From: Pseudomonas aeruginosa
GTDB lineage: Bacteria > Pseudomonadota > Gammaproteobacteria > Pseudomonadales > Pseudomonadaceae
Direction: 5' to 3'
NCBI RefSeq assembly: GCF_001457615.1
Contig: NZ_LN831024.1
Location: 4,230,001-4,262,000 of the forward strand
Length of the DNA: 32,000 bases
Part shown: piece after piece, positions 17,154 through 27,010 of the stretch
How positions within the stretch are numbered: the stretch's first letter is position 1
Layout of the letters: each line of letters begins with the position of its first letter
Notes under the pieces: generated by a model
What the model was told of the DNA's origin: nothing
Seen by the model: only the letters and a program-made list of their open reading frames with translations
The model's database searches: none
Program-made: the position numbers and the translations under genes

Positions 17154-19638
17154 ATTCGCCAAGGCCAACGCCGCCGCCATCGCCGCGGCGGCGGCCGGCC
17201 TGCCGATCCTGGTCCGCGCCAGCAACCTGGTGACCGAGGCGGACGTCACCAGCCTGGTCTGGAACAAGGCCCCCTGCCGCTTCTGCGGCACCGGTTGCAG
17301 CGTGATGGTCGCCACCCGCGACGGCCAGGTGGTGGCCACCCATGGCGACATCAAGGCCGAGGTCAACCGCGGGATCAACTGCGTGAAGGGCTACTTCCTG
17401 TCGAAGATCATGTACGGCAGCGACCGCCTGACCCGCCCGCTGCTGCGCATGAAGGACGGCAAGTTCGACAAGCAGGGCGAGTTCCAGCCGATCAGTTGGG
17501 AACAGGCCTTCGACATCATGGCCGAGAAGTTCAAGGCCGCGCTCAAGGCCAAGGGACCGGAGTCGGTCGGCATGTTCGGCTCCGGCCAGTGGACGGTCTG
17601 GGAAGGCTATGCGGCGAACAAGCTGTTCAAGGCCGGCCTGCGCAGCAACAACATCGACCCCAACGCCCGCCACTGCATGGCCTCGGCGGTGATGGGCTTC
17701 ATGCGCAGCTTCGGCATGGACGAGCCGATGGGCTGCTACGACGACATCGAGGCCACCGACAGCTTCGTCCTCTGGGGCTCGAACATGGCCGAGATGCACC
17801 CGGTGCTCTGGTCGCGGGTCACCGACCGCCGGCTCAGCGCGCCGCAGGTCAAGGTCGCGGTGCTGTCCACCTTCGAGCACCGCAGCTTCGAGCTGGCCGA
17901 CTTGCCCATGGTGTTCAAGCCGCAGACCGACCTGATCATCCTCAACTATATCGCCAACCACATCATCGAGAGCGGCGCGGTGAACCGCGACTTCGTCGAG
18001 CGCCACGTGCGCTTCGCCCATGGCGCCGAGGACATCGGCTACGGCCTGCGCCCGGACGACCCGCTGGAGAAGAAGGCGAAGAACGCCGACAAGGCCAACA
18101 CCTGGAGCGATATCGACTTCAAGGCCTTCGCCGAGTTCGTCAAGCCCTATACCCTGGAGCGCACCGCGCGCGAAAGCGGCGTGCCGGCCGAGCGGCTGAA
18201 GGCCCTCGCCGAACTCTACGCCGACCCCAAGCGCAAGGTGGTGTCGTTCTGGACCATGGGCTTCAACCAGCACACCCGCGGGGTCTGGGCGAACAACCTG
18301 ATCTACAACATCCACCTGCTCACCGGGAAGATCAGCGAACCGGGCAACAGCCCCTTCTCGCTCACCGGCCAGCCCTCGGCCTGCGGCACCGCGCGCGAGG
18401 TCGGCACCTTCTCCCACCGGCTCCCCGCCGACCTGGTGGTGACCAACCCGAAGCACCGGGAAACCGCGGAGAAGATCTGGAAGGTGCCGGCCGGCACCAT
18501 CCAGGAGAAGGTCGGCTTCCACGCCGTGCAGCAGAGCCGGATGCTCAAGGACGGCGTGCTCAACGTCTACTGGACCCAGGTCAGCAACAACATGCAGGCC
18601 GGTCCCAACGTGATGCAGGAAGTGCTGCCCGGCTGGCGCAACCCGGACAACTTCGTGATCGTCTCCGACGTCTACCCCACCGTCTCGGCCCAGGCCGCCG
18701 ACCTGATCCTGCCCAGCGCCATGTGGGTGGAGAAGGAAGGCGCCTTCGGCAATGCCGAGCGCCGCACGCAGTTCTGGCACCAGTTGGTGAAGGCACCGGG
18801 CGAGGCGAAGTCCGACCTCTGGCAGTTGGTGGAATTCTCCAAGCGCTTCACCACCGACGAGGTCTGGCCCGCGGAACTGCTGGCGAAGGCCCCCGAGCTG
18901 AAGGGCAAGACCCTCTATGACGTGCTGTTCCGCAACGGCCAGGTCGACCGCTTCCCGGCCAGCGACCTGGCCAAGGGCTACGCCAACGACGAGGTCGACG
19001 CATTCGGCTTCTATATCCAGAAGGGTCTGTTCGAGGAATACGCCGCCTTTGGTCGCGGCCACGGCCACGACCTCGCCCCCTTCGACGCCTACCACGAGGC
19101 GCGCGGCCTGCGCTGGCCGGTGGTGGACGGCAAGGAGACCCGCTGGCGCTACCGCGAGGGCTACGACCCCTACGTGAGCAAGGGCAGTGGCGTGCAGTTC
19201 TATGGCTATCCGGACAAGAAGGCGATTGCCTTCGCCCTGCCCTACGAGCCGCCGGCCGAGGCGCCGGACCAGGACTACCCGTTCTGGCTCGCCACCGGCC
19301 GGGTGCTCGAACACTGGCACACCGGGAGCATGACCGCGCGGGTCCCGGAGCTGTACAAGGCGGTGCCCGACGCGCTGGTCTACATGCACCCGGAGGATGC
19401 GCGCCAGCTCAAGCTGCGCCGCGGCAGCGAGGTCAAGGTGGTGAGCCGGCGCGGCGAGATCCGCGCGCGGGTCGAGACCCGCGGGCGCAACAAGCCGCCC
19501 CAGGGGCTGGTGTTCGTGCCGTTCTTCGACGCCAACAAGCTGATCAACAAGGTCACCCTGGACGCCACCGACCCGATTTCCAAGCAGACCGACTACAAGA
19601 AGTGCGCCGTTCGCATCGAACTGCTCAACCTGGCCTGA
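17134..19638 (+). CDS. napA: Periplasmic nitrate reductase catalytic subunit NapA
   Basis: 834 aa. Tat signal [22 protein letters not shown], a [4Fe-4S] motif [17 protein letters not shown]...[11 protein letters not shown], and molybdopterin oxidoreductase domains. Confidence 0.97.
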   Translation: MNLTRREFAKANAAAIAAAAAGLPILVRASNLVTEADVTSLVWNKAPCRFCGTGCSVMVATRDGQVVATHGDIKAEVNRGINCVKGYFLSKIMYGSDRLTRPLLRMKDGKFDKQGEFQPISWEQAFDIMAEKFKAALKAKGPESVGMFGSGQWTVWEGYAANKLFKAGLRSNNIDPNARHCMASAVMGFMRSFGMDEPMGCYDDIEATDSFVLWGSNMAEMHPVLWSRVTDRRLSAPQVKVAVLSTFEHRSFELADLPMVFKPQTDLIILNYIANHIIESGAVNRDFVERHVRFAHGAEDIGYGLRPDDPLEKKAKNADKANTWSDIDFKAFAEFVKPYTLERTARESGVPAERLKALAELYADPKRKVVSFWTMGFNQHTRGVWANNLIYNIHLLTGKISEPGNSPFSLTGQPSACGTAREVGTFSHRLPADLVVTNPKHRETAEKIWKVPAGTIQEKVGFHAVQQSRMLKDGVLNVYWTQVSNNMQAGPNVMQEVLPGWRNPDNFVIVSDVYPTVSAQAADLILPSAMWVEKEGAFGNAERRTQFWHQLVKAPGEAKSDLWQLVEFSKRFTTDEVWPAELLAKAPELKGKTLYDVLFRNGQVDRFPASDLAKGYANDEVDAFGFYIQKGLFEEYAAFGRGHGHDLAPFDAYHEARGLRWPVVDGKETRWRYREGYDPYVSKGSGVQFYGYPDKKAIAFALPYEPPAEAPDQDYPFWLATGRVLEHWHTGSMTARVPELYKAVPDALVYMHPEDARQLKLRRGSEVKVVSRRGEIRARVETRGRNKPPQGLVFVPFFDANKLINKVTLDATDPISKQTDYKKCAVRIELLNLA

Positions 19639-19648
19639 GGAGCGCGCC

Positions 19649-20139
19649 ATGAAACCTCTGCTGACTGCCCTGCTCCTCGTCCTGCTCGGCGCCCCCGCGG
19701 CCTTCGCCGCCGACCTCGGCTACCCGCTGGACGCGCCCGCCCCGACGGCCGCCGCCCCGGCGGCACGCTGGCCGAAAGCCGCCCCGCGCCGCCGCTGGCG
19801 GCCGAGGAAAACAAGGACCTGAAACGCGAGCGCAACTACCCCGAGCAGCCGCCGACCATTCCCCACAGCATCGTCGGCTATCGCATCGACAAGGACAGCA
19901 ACAAGTGCCTGTCCTGCCACAGCCGCGCCAACAGCGCGCGAACCCAGGCGGTGATGATCAGCATCACCCACTACATGGACCGCGACGGCCAGCCGCTGGC
20001 CGCCGTCTCGCCGCGCCGCTACTTCTGCGTGCAGTGCCATGTGCCGCAACAGGACGTAAAGCCGCTGGTCGACAACCGCTTCGAGAACATCGACCAGATC
20101 CTCGAGAAAGAAGCCGCCAATGCGGCGCGCAAACCCTGA
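19649..20139 (+). pseudogene. napB: NapB diheme cytochrome c subunit, split by an apparent 1-nt frameshift near 19740-19743
   Basis: Frame 2 encodes MKPLLTALLLVLLGAPAAFAADLGYPLDAPAP and then drifts to a stop at 19820. Frame 1 encodes the rest: DGRRPGGTLAESRPAPPLAAEENKDLKRERNYPEQPPTIPHSIVGYRIDKDSNKCLSCHSRANSARTQAVMISITHYMD...[39 protein letters not shown]. The span is 491 nt, not a multiple of 3. This may be a sequencing error rather than a true pseudogene. Confidence 0.88.
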
Positions 20140-20149
20140 GGGAGGCCGC

Positions 20150-20746
20150 ATGAAAGCACTCATCGCCTGGCTGGCCGGTTACTGGCGGGTCCTGCGTCGT
20201 CCCAGCGTGCATTTCAGCCTGGGCTTCCTCACCCTCGGCGGCTTCATCGCCGGGATCGTCTTCTGGGGCGGCTTCAACACCGCCCTGGAGGCGACCAACA
20301 CCGAGACCTTCTGCATTTCCTGCCACGAGATGCGCGACAACGTGTTCGTCGAACTCAAGGACACCATCCACTACAGCAACCGTTCCGGAGTCCGCGCCAC
20401 CTGTCCCGACTGCCACGTGCCACACAAGTGGACCGACAAGATCGCGCGCAAGATGCAGGCCTCCAAGGAGGTCTGGGGCAAGATCTTCGGCACCATCAAC
20501 ACCCGCGAGAAATTCCTCGATCACCGCCGCGAGCTGGCCGAGCACGAATGGGCACGACTCAAGGCCAACGATTCGCTGGAATGCCGCAACTGCCACAACT
20601 TCGAGTTCATGGACTTCACCCGGCAGAGCGTGCGCGCGCGGCAGATGCACTCCACCGCCCTGGCCAGCGGCGAAGCCACCTGCATCGACTGCCACAAGGG
20701 GATCGCCCACCACCTGCCGGACATGACCGGGGTGAAGGGCTGGTAG
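20150..20746 (+). CDS. napC: NapC/NirT-family tetraheme cytochrome c
   Basis: 198 aa. One N-terminal TM segment and four CXXCH motifs (CISCH, CPDCH, CRNCH, CIDCH). Confidence 0.96.
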   Translation: MKALIAWLAGYWRVLRRPSVHFSLGFLTLGGFIAGIVFWGGFNTALEATNTETFCISCHEMRDNVFVELKDTIHYSNRSGVRATCPDCHVPHKWTDKIARKMQASKEVWGKIFGTINTREKFLDHRRELAEHEWARLKANDSLECRNCHNFEFMDFTRQSVRARQMHSTALASGEATCIDCHKGIAHHLPDMTGVKGW

Positions 20747-20777
20747 CGCCGCCCGCGGACCGGGCGGCGCGGCGCAA

Positions 20778-21974
20778 TCAGGGCTGGGCGCCCTTCAGCG
20801 CCTCGAGGATCTTGCGCCCGGCGCGACCGTCGGCCGGGGTCAGGCCGAGGCGCTTCTGCTCGGCCTGGATCGCCTTGCGCGTGCTGGTGCCGATCAGCCC
20901 GTCGGCCTCGCCGATGTCGTAGCCGCGCGCCAGCAACGCCTTCTGCAATTGCTTGCGCTCGAGCCGGCTGATGCCCGGGTCGTCGGTCGGCCAGGACGCC
21001 ACCAGGCCGCTGCCGCCGCGCAGGCGGTCGGAAAGCAGGGCGATGGCCAGCGCGTAGCTTTCCGCGGCGTTGTAGGAATAGATCGCATCGTAGTTGCGAT
21101 AGACCAGGAAGGCCGGGCCCTGGGCCCCGGCCGGCAGGAGGATCGCGGCCTTCTCGTCGCCGCCCGGCAGCGGCTGGCCGTCGACCCGCCTCACCCCACG
21201 GGCGACCCAGGCCGACAGCGGCTGGCGCTTGCCGCGCCCGGCCAGGCTGGCGGGGAAGTCGGCCGGCACCTTCACTTCATAGCCCCACGGCTGTCCCGTG
21301 CGCCAGCCAGCCTTCTTCAGGTAGTTGGCGGTGGAACCGAGGGCATCCGGCACGCTGCCTACCAGGTCGCGGCGACCGTCGCCGTCGAAGTCCACGGCGA
21401 TCCGCGCGTAGGTCGATGGCATGAACTGGGTATGGCCGAAGGCCCCGGCCCAGGAGCCGGTGATGCCGGCGTCGCGGATGTCGCCGGCCTGCAACAGCTT
21501 CAGGGTGGCGAGGAACTCGCCCTGGAAGAACGACTGGCGGCGCCCGTAGCAGGACAGGGTCGACAGCGAGGTCAGCAGCGGACGCTTGCCGAAGATCCGC
21601 CCGTAGTCGCTTTCCACGCCCCACACCGCCACCACCGTGTACTTGTCCACGCCGTAGCGCGCGGCCACCTGGTCGAGCAGCTTGTCGTGCTGGGCGAGCA
21701 TCGCCTTGCCATCGCTGACCCGCTGCTCGTCCACCAGACCGGCCAGGTAGTCCCACAGCGGGGTGGTGAACTCCGGCTGCGCGTCGAGCAGGTCGAGCAC
21801 GCTGAGGTCGGCCTGCAGGCCGCTGGTGAAGCGCTCATAACTGTCGGCGGAAATGCCCTGCGCCTGGGCCTTCTTCTGCAGGCCGGCGAGGCAGGAAGGG
21901 AAGGTCGAGGCGTCGGGTTGCGCCAGGGCCAGGGCGGGTAGCAGGGCCAGCGAGGAGAGAAGAAGACTGCGCAT
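20778..21974 (-). CDS. Lytic murein transglycosylase B family protein with C-terminal peptidoglycan-binding domain
   Basis: 398 aa. Signal peptide, SLT catalytic region (YTVVAVWGVESDYGR, GSWAGAFGHTQFMPSTY), and PG_binding_1-like C-terminus (LQKALLARGYDIGEADGLIGTSTRKAIQAEQ). Probably an sltB paralogue. Confidence 0.93.
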   Translation of the reverse strand: MRSLLLSSLALLPALALAQPDASTFPSCLAGLQKKAQAQGISADSYERFTSGLQADLSVLDLLDAQPEFTTPLWDYLAGLVDEQRVSDGKAMLAQHDKLLDQVAARYGVDKYTVVAVWGVESDYGRIFGKRPLLTSLSTLSCYGRRQSFFQGEFLATLKLLQAGDIRDAGITGSWAGAFGHTQFMPSTYARIAVDFDGDGRRDLVGSVPDALGSTANYLKKAGWRTGQPWGYEVKVPADFPASLAGRGKRQPLSAWVARGVRRVDGQPLPGGDEKAAILLPAGAQGPAFLVYRNYDAIYSYNAAESYALAIALLSDRLRGGSGLVASWPTDDPGISRLERKQLQKALLARGYDIGEADGLIGTSTRKAIQAEQKRLGLTPADGRAGRKILEALKGAQP

Positions 21975-22430
21975 GGGGTTTCCTTGTACGGTGAACGGTC
22001 ATCCATGGCACCGGCGGGCTTCCCCCGGCGCCGAAGGCCTGGTGGCCTGTACGGTTGACTCGGTGATCGGCGTTCGACTGGTCGAGTCAGCCACACGGGC
22101 CACTAGCCTACCGTCCCGCCGGGTGCGGCGCCATCTCCGCCCTGAAAGGCGGGTGAAACCTTGCTCGGGCAGACTGGCGGCGGAATACGCATGCCGGGTG
22201 TCTCGCGGCCGATCCGCCGCGTCACATCCGTGCCCGAACGCGCTGCGCCACCCGCGCGTCCGTTTTCCGGGCACTGGCCGGGCGTTCGCCGGTCCAAGCA
22301 GTGTTCCCCGCCTCCGTCCACAAGCCGGAGCCGGCCCCGACGGTCCCAGACCACCGCAGGAAAGCCGGGCGGCCGCCACCCGCCACCGCCCCGGGCTTTC
22401 CACCCTCACTACACGTTTCGGAGTACAACC

Positions 22431-23165
22431 TTGATCCACTGGTTGAGCGACCCGACGTTCTGGACAGCCCTGCTGCAGATCGTCGCCATCGATATCCTCC
22501 TGGGCGGCGACAACGCCGTAGTCATCGCCCTCGCCTGCCGGCACCTGCCGGCGCACCGGCGCAAGCAGGCGATCTTCGGCGGCGTCGCCGGTGCCATCCT
22601 GATCCGCATCCTGCTGCTGTTCTTCGCCCTGCACCTGCTCGACCTGCCCTACCTCAAGGTAATCGGCGCGCTCCTGCTGCTGTGGATCGGCATCAAGCTG
22701 CTGCTGCCGGAGGAGGAGAACGGCGACGACATCAAGGGCAGCACCCACCTGCTCGGCGCGATCAAGACCATCATCATCGCCGACGCGGTGATGAGCCTGG
22801 ACAACGTCATCGCCCTGTCCGCCGCCTCGGCCGGAGATTTCTTCCTGGTCTCCCTGGGCGTGCTGATCAGCATCCCGATCATCGTCTGGGGCAGCCAGCT
22901 GATCCTGCGCCTGATCGACCGCTTCCCGCTGATCATCCTCTTCGGCGGCGGCCTGCTCGGCTGGATCGCCGGCGGCATGCTGCTCACCGACAGCGCCCTG
23001 AAGCCCTGGCTGGCGCCCTACGCGCAATGGGATTCCTACCTGCACTACGGTGCGGCGGCCTTCGGCGCGCTGTTCGTGATCCTCCTCGGCAGCCTCCTGG
23101 CGCGCCGCCAGTTGAAGCAGCGGCATGCCGCGCCGGCGGACGCCGCCGAAAGCGAAGGCCGCTAA
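22431..23165 (+). CDS. TerC/YjbE-family integral membrane protein
   Basis: Hydrophobic protein with LLQIVAIDILLGGDNAVVIALACRHLP and ADAVMSLDNVIALSAA motifs. A TTG start at 22431 is preceded by GGAG; the track ORF starts upstream at 22161. Confidence 0.85.
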   Translation: MIHWLSDPTFWTALLQIVAIDILLGGDNAVVIALACRHLPAHRRKQAIFGGVAGAILIRILLLFFALHLLDLPYLKVIGALLLLWIGIKLLLPEEENGDDIKGSTHLLGAIKTIIIADAVMSLDNVIALSAASAGDFFLVSLGVLISIPIIVWGSQLILRLIDRFPLIILFGGGLLGWIAGGMLLTDSALKPWLAPYAQWDSYLHYGAAAFGALFVILLGSLLARRQLKQRHAAPADAAESEGR

Positions 23166-23170
23166 GAGCA

Positions 23171-23204
23171 ACGGGGCGCCCAGGGGCGCCCCGTCCTCTT
23201 TCTC
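23171..23204 (+). terminator. Intrinsic terminator-like hairpin between the convergent TerC-like gene and loxA
   Basis: ACGGGGCGCC-N4-GGCGCCCCGT, a perfect 10-bp stem followed by a C/T-rich tract. Confidence 0.55.
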
Positions 23205-23208
23205 CGGC

Positions 23209-25266
23209 TCAGATATTGGTGCTCGCCGGGATCCGGCTCGGCAACAGGTACTCGTAGGGCCTGCGGCGCGCCTGGTTGCGCGTGCGAATGGTCGCCTCGA
23301 CCTCCTTCAGGCGTGCCTGGAAGCGCTCCAGCGGGCCGCCGCTGGCGGTCACCCGCCTGTCCGAAAACACCGGCGCGTAGGGGAACCCGGTCTGCCGGTA
23401 GTCGCCCAGGCGACCGTGGTAGACCGAACCGAGCAGGTGATAGATGTTCACCTTCTCCAGCGCCACCAGGGTCGGCGGCATCATCTTCAACCAATCGGCC
23501 TCGCTCTTGCCGCCTGGCGAGTCCGGTGCCGGCGCCGCGCTCATGGCACAGATGGCTGGTGCGTAGGTCATCATCGAAGGCTGGGGAAAATTGACCGCCG
23601 CATGCTGCGCGGAGGCAGTGAAGATCACCATGGTCAGCACCTCGACCAGTTGGCTGCGACCGGTGATCGGGCGGAACCCGGCCACCTTGCCGCTGCCGAT
23701 CACCTCGCCGACCCAGGCCGCCAGTTCGACGTCAGCGGTGACGTCGCCGTCGCTGGCGTAGTACACCGCCACGTAGTCGGCCGCCCACTGGCGGATGGCA
23801 TTCCATACCAGCAGGCCGTCGTCGCGGTAGGGGTAGTCCGGTAACGCGGCCGGGTCGTCGACGTTCCGCGCCTTCAGGCTCTCCGGCAACATGCCGCGGT
23901 AGAAGTCGAAACCCAGCCGGTTGCCGCCGGCGGTGGCCTGGGTGTCCTGGATCGGCGCGGCGAACATCACGTCGATGAAGCCCGCGCTGGGCAACAGGAT
24001 CCGCGCCGCCCCCTCGTTGATGAACAGGGTGCCCTCGAAGTGCGGGGCGAGCAGGACGTGCAGCGGATGGCTGGGCGCCAGGGTGCGCTGGGTGGCCAGG
24101 CAGAACGCCTCGCTCACCAGGTGGGTCTGGGCCAGGTGGACGAACATCTCGTGGTAGTTCTCCTCGGCGACCTGGACCACCGTCTTGGCCATCTGCCAAC
24201 CCCAGTACAGATCACTCTCCGACTCCGCGGGACGCACGAACATCGGATGGGTAGCGGGGTCCTGGCCGCACTGGATGGCCACCGGCAACAGCCTCGCCCG
24301 ATCCTTGCCAAGGGCGAACAGGGCGATCGGCGCATAGGCGAAGCCCTTCCCGGTGAGCAGTTTGTCCACCGCTCCCGACGGCGCCAGCTTGCCCAGCTCG
24401 GCGTAGTCCAGCAGGTACAGGCGGCGGCTGGCGGCGGCCTCCAGCAAGCTGTCGTCGGCGCCCATCACCCGGCGGAACTGCTCTTCGCCCAGCGGAAAGT
24501 TGGCCGGCAGCGCATCGACGCGGCGGATCAGCAGCGGATTAGGCCCGGCCACCCGCCAGTAGGCGAACGCTTCGTCGTCACGGAAGCTGTCGGCGACCTC
24601 CGGCAGGCGCAGGGTGCCGAACACCGCGCGGAAGCGATTCAGGCCGTCGCCCTGTCCACCCTGGGTAACCAGGTTGCTGGCGCTCTTGAGGATGTCGTCG
24701 ACCAGCAGGCCGACCCGCGTCAGCAAGGCGATCACCCGCGTCTGCAATTCCGTGAAGCGCAGCAGCAGGCTGCCGGCCGCGGCCGGATCGTTCTTCGCCT
24801 CCTCCAGCAACGCCTCGTGGACCTGGCGCGCCGCTTCCAGATCGCCGCTGAGCCCGGCGGCGATCCGCTCGAACTGCGCGGCGGCCGACGCCGGCAACGA
24901 GGCGACGAAATTGACGATCAGCTCGACGATCACCCCGGCGGTCTTCAACAGCCAGTCGACATTCGGCAACTCGCCCAGCGGCACCGAGCGGGCCATCGGC
25001 ACGCCTTTGACATTGGCGAAGTTCTCGGTCCAGACATATACCAGTTTCTTGCTGGTCAATACCGCACGCCGCGCCAACTTTCCGGCCAGGTTGTCATATT
25101 GCGGCAAACTCGGCGGAATCAGGTTGTCCAGCAAACTTCGCGAGGCATCGATAGATCGCTGTTGTTCCGCCCCGAGGTATTTCAAGGGCGAAAAGAATAT
25201 CGAGTCATTGGCCAGTGCGGTTCCACTCAGGGCGACACCCGACAAGAGCACACTCCTGCGTTTCAT
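23209..25266 (-). CDS. loxA: Secreted arachidonate-type lipoxygenase LoxA
   Basis: 685 aa. N-terminal signal peptide [19 protein letters not shown], lipoxygenase core ([41 protein letters not shown]), and a terminal isoleucine (PASTNI) as expected for a lipoxygenase iron ligand. Confidence 0.95.
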   Translation of the reverse strand: MKRRSVLLSGVALSGTALANDSIFFSPLKYLGAEQQRSIDASRSLLDNLIPPSLPQYDNLAGKLARRAVLTSKKLVYVWTENFANVKGVPMARSVPLGELPNVDWLLKTAGVIVELIVNFVASLPASAAAQFERIAAGLSGDLEAARQVHEALLEEAKNDPAAAGSLLLRFTELQTRVIALLTRVGLLVDDILKSASNLVTQGGQGDGLNRFRAVFGTLRLPEVADSFRDDEAFAYWRVAGPNPLLIRRVDALPANFPLGEEQFRRVMGADDSLLEAAASRRLYLLDYAELGKLAPSGAVDKLLTGKGFAYAPIALFALGKDRARLLPVAIQCGQDPATHPMFVRPAESESDLYWGWQMAKTVVQVAEENYHEMFVHLAQTHLVSEAFCLATQRTLAPSHPLHVLLAPHFEGTLFINEGAARILLPSAGFIDVMFAAPIQDTQATAGGNRLGFDFYRGMLPESLKARNVDDPAALPDYPYRDDGLLVWNAIRQWAADYVAVYYASDGDVTADVELAAWVGEVIGSGKVAGFRPITGRSQLVEVLTMVIFTASAQHAAVNFPQPSMMTYAPAICAMSAAPAPDSPGGKSEADWLKMMPPTLVALEKVNIYHLLGSVYHGRLGDYRQTGFPYAPVFSDRRVTASGGPLERFQARLKEVEATIRTRNQARRRPYEYLLPSRIPASTNI

Positions 25267-25343
25267 ATCATCGACTCCATCAATGCATTAACCAGGAACG
25301 ACTCGATGCCTGAGCATCGAATCGCTCTTTCAACAGGTTGCGA

Positions 25344-25664
25344 TCAGCTGTAAAGCCCTTCGCCGCTTTCCTTGTTGTAATGCAACGGAACATTGTGGTT
25401 GTCGGTCCCGCCGAGAATCTTGCCGACGGTGATCGCCGCCACCGAAGGCACCTGGAAGGCCAGCAGGTCGACCAGCTCGTGGGTACGGTTGAGGCCGATG
25501 GCGCTGGCCGCGTTGCCGATGCTGGAGAACAGCGGCGAGTTCAGGAAGGAGTTGGCCGCGTAGACGCCATTGATGATGGCATCGCCCAGGAAAGTCCCGG
25601 CGCCAGAAACTTGTTCGATTTCACCCACACTTAGAACCGCCAGGGCATTCACCTGATTTTTCAT
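25344..25664 (-). CDS. Small protein of unknown function upstream of loxA, with a bacteriocin/microcin-like double-glycine-type leader
   Basis: 106 aa MKNQVNALAVLSVGEIEQVSGAG|TFLGDAIINGVYAANSFLNSPLF.... SD-like GGAG lies upstream (minus strand). It is in line with loxA, 77 nt apart. Confidence 0.75.
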   Translation of the reverse strand: MKNQVNALAVLSVGEIEQVSGAGTFLGDAIINGVYAANSFLNSPLFSSIGNAASAIGLNRTHELVDLLAFQVPSVAAITVGKILGGTDNHNVPLHYNKESGEGLYS

Positions 25665-26163
25665 GTCTGAATCTCCACGTATTCAAATGATCGAAACGAA
25701 TGGTTCTCGCTGAAAACAGCAAAGAAACCTGTACGTCCGAACTTCTTCGGAACGTGGAGAAAGCAATAGCGAGAGGAAAAACCGGCAATAAGCTGACGCT
25801 TCGCACAGTTGACAGGAAAAGCCTGGAACAATAGTTATCCACAATAATTATTGACGGCGAACTTTTGACTTGCAAAGAACTACGCTGGCCAGCGGCAAGA
25901 GTGAATTTCATCCAGCCAGGGCTATACCAATCGTGCAAAACCGAAAGGGCGCTGCGCAAAACGTCACATTTATTCGGGACGATACGCCAAGGCGGTTCCC
26001 TGTACTGAAGTACCAGAATCGCCAGATCGCGCGGCCTATTTCCCCTTGGAAAAATACGGATATTTTTTTCCGGGCCAGGTTTTCCTTCTTCCGCGCCTGC
26101 CAGATCTGGCAGTTGCGAAGCGCCACGACAACGCGAAGTCCGCGGCGCAGACGCCTCGACCGC

Positions 26164-26835
26164 TCATTGATGGCTAACGCGCAGCTCGCTGAACGTCGCC
26201 CGCCCGCCCTCGCTGGACGGTCCGCGGTTGTCCTGCAGGTAGAGTCCGGCCTTGAAATAAAGGCCCTGGTAGGCCCACTGCGGGTCCAGTTGCTGCTCCA
26301 GGGCGCTGCCATTCACCGACACGCTGAGCAATCCGCTGCGAGACACGCCGATGCGGTAGCTGAACGACTGGCCGAGAGGAATCCCGTCCATCAGCGTGTA
26401 GGCCCTGGTCCCGCCGTCGTCCGGCCGCTCGCGGACCAGCGCCTGGACCCGCCCCTGGTCGAGCCGCAACTGGTAGAGCAGCTTCACCAGAGGCGCGGCC
26501 TGGCCGCTATTGCTGCCATCGCTGTGGATCTGGCCGATGATCATGCGCCGGGTCGAGGGCACCGCCTCGATGCGCAGGGTCGCCTCCAGCCAGTTGTCGG
26601 CCCTGGCGTAACGCCAGTTGTAGGGCCTGCCGCTGGACAGGGTCTCGCGCAACTCGCTGCGCGGAAACTCGCTGTTGCGCGTGTGGCTGCCGTTGACCGG
26701 CACCCAGAAGCGAATGCCGTCGGCGGTGCGTTGGAAATAGTCGCTGCGGTAGTCGCGCTGCAATTGGCTGGTGGAGATGGTGATGGCCGGGCGGCCCTGG
26801 GGAATGGTCAGGTTCCAGGTACTCAGGTCAGGCAT
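26164..26835 (-). CDS. Polysaccharide lyase family 7-type (alginate lyase) protein
   Basis: 223 aa with conserved PL7 motifs RSELRE, QIH and YFKAGLYLQ. No obvious signal peptide. Confidence 0.9.
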   Translation of the reverse strand: MPDLSTWNLTIPQGRPAITISTSQLQRDYRSDYFQRTADGIRFWVPVNGSHTRNSEFPRSELRETLSSGRPYNWRYARADNWLEATLRIEAVPSTRRMIIGQIHSDGSNSGQAAPLVKLLYQLRLDQGRVQALVRERPDDGGTRAYTLMDGIPLGQSFSYRIGVSRSGLLSVSVNGSALEQQLDPQWAYQGLYFKAGLYLQDNRGPSSEGGRATFSELRVSHQ

Positions 26836-27010
26836 CCAGACGGTGTCCTAGCGAGGGGAAGGGACTCGCCCATAGGGTAGATGAGCGGCGCACCCTTTGC
26901 CTGGCCGAATGGCCCGCGTTTGAGCGGCGCAAGGCCGGCACCGAGGGTTTTCCCCGCGTCCCGCGCACAAGCGTCTATCTTGATCGGGGACCCTTTCACG
27001 GAGAGATGCC

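Noticed and set aside
17029-19650. 873-aa ORF on the minus strand, antisense to napA
   Set aside because: High-GC shadow ORF. The translation is His/Val/Gly/Arg-rich with no family motif, while the opposite strand encodes unmistakable NapA.
20746-20770. Strong GC hairpin (GCGCCGCCC...GGGCGGCGC) between convergent napC and the transglycosylase
   Set aside because: Stem is real but has no U-tract on either side. It is likely an ordinary 3'-end structure, so I did not call it an intrinsic terminator.
25870-26880. 336-aa plus-strand ORF over the alginate lyase and loxA-upstream region
   Set aside because: Antisense to a PL7 lyase with clear motifs; no domain and no plausible start signals.
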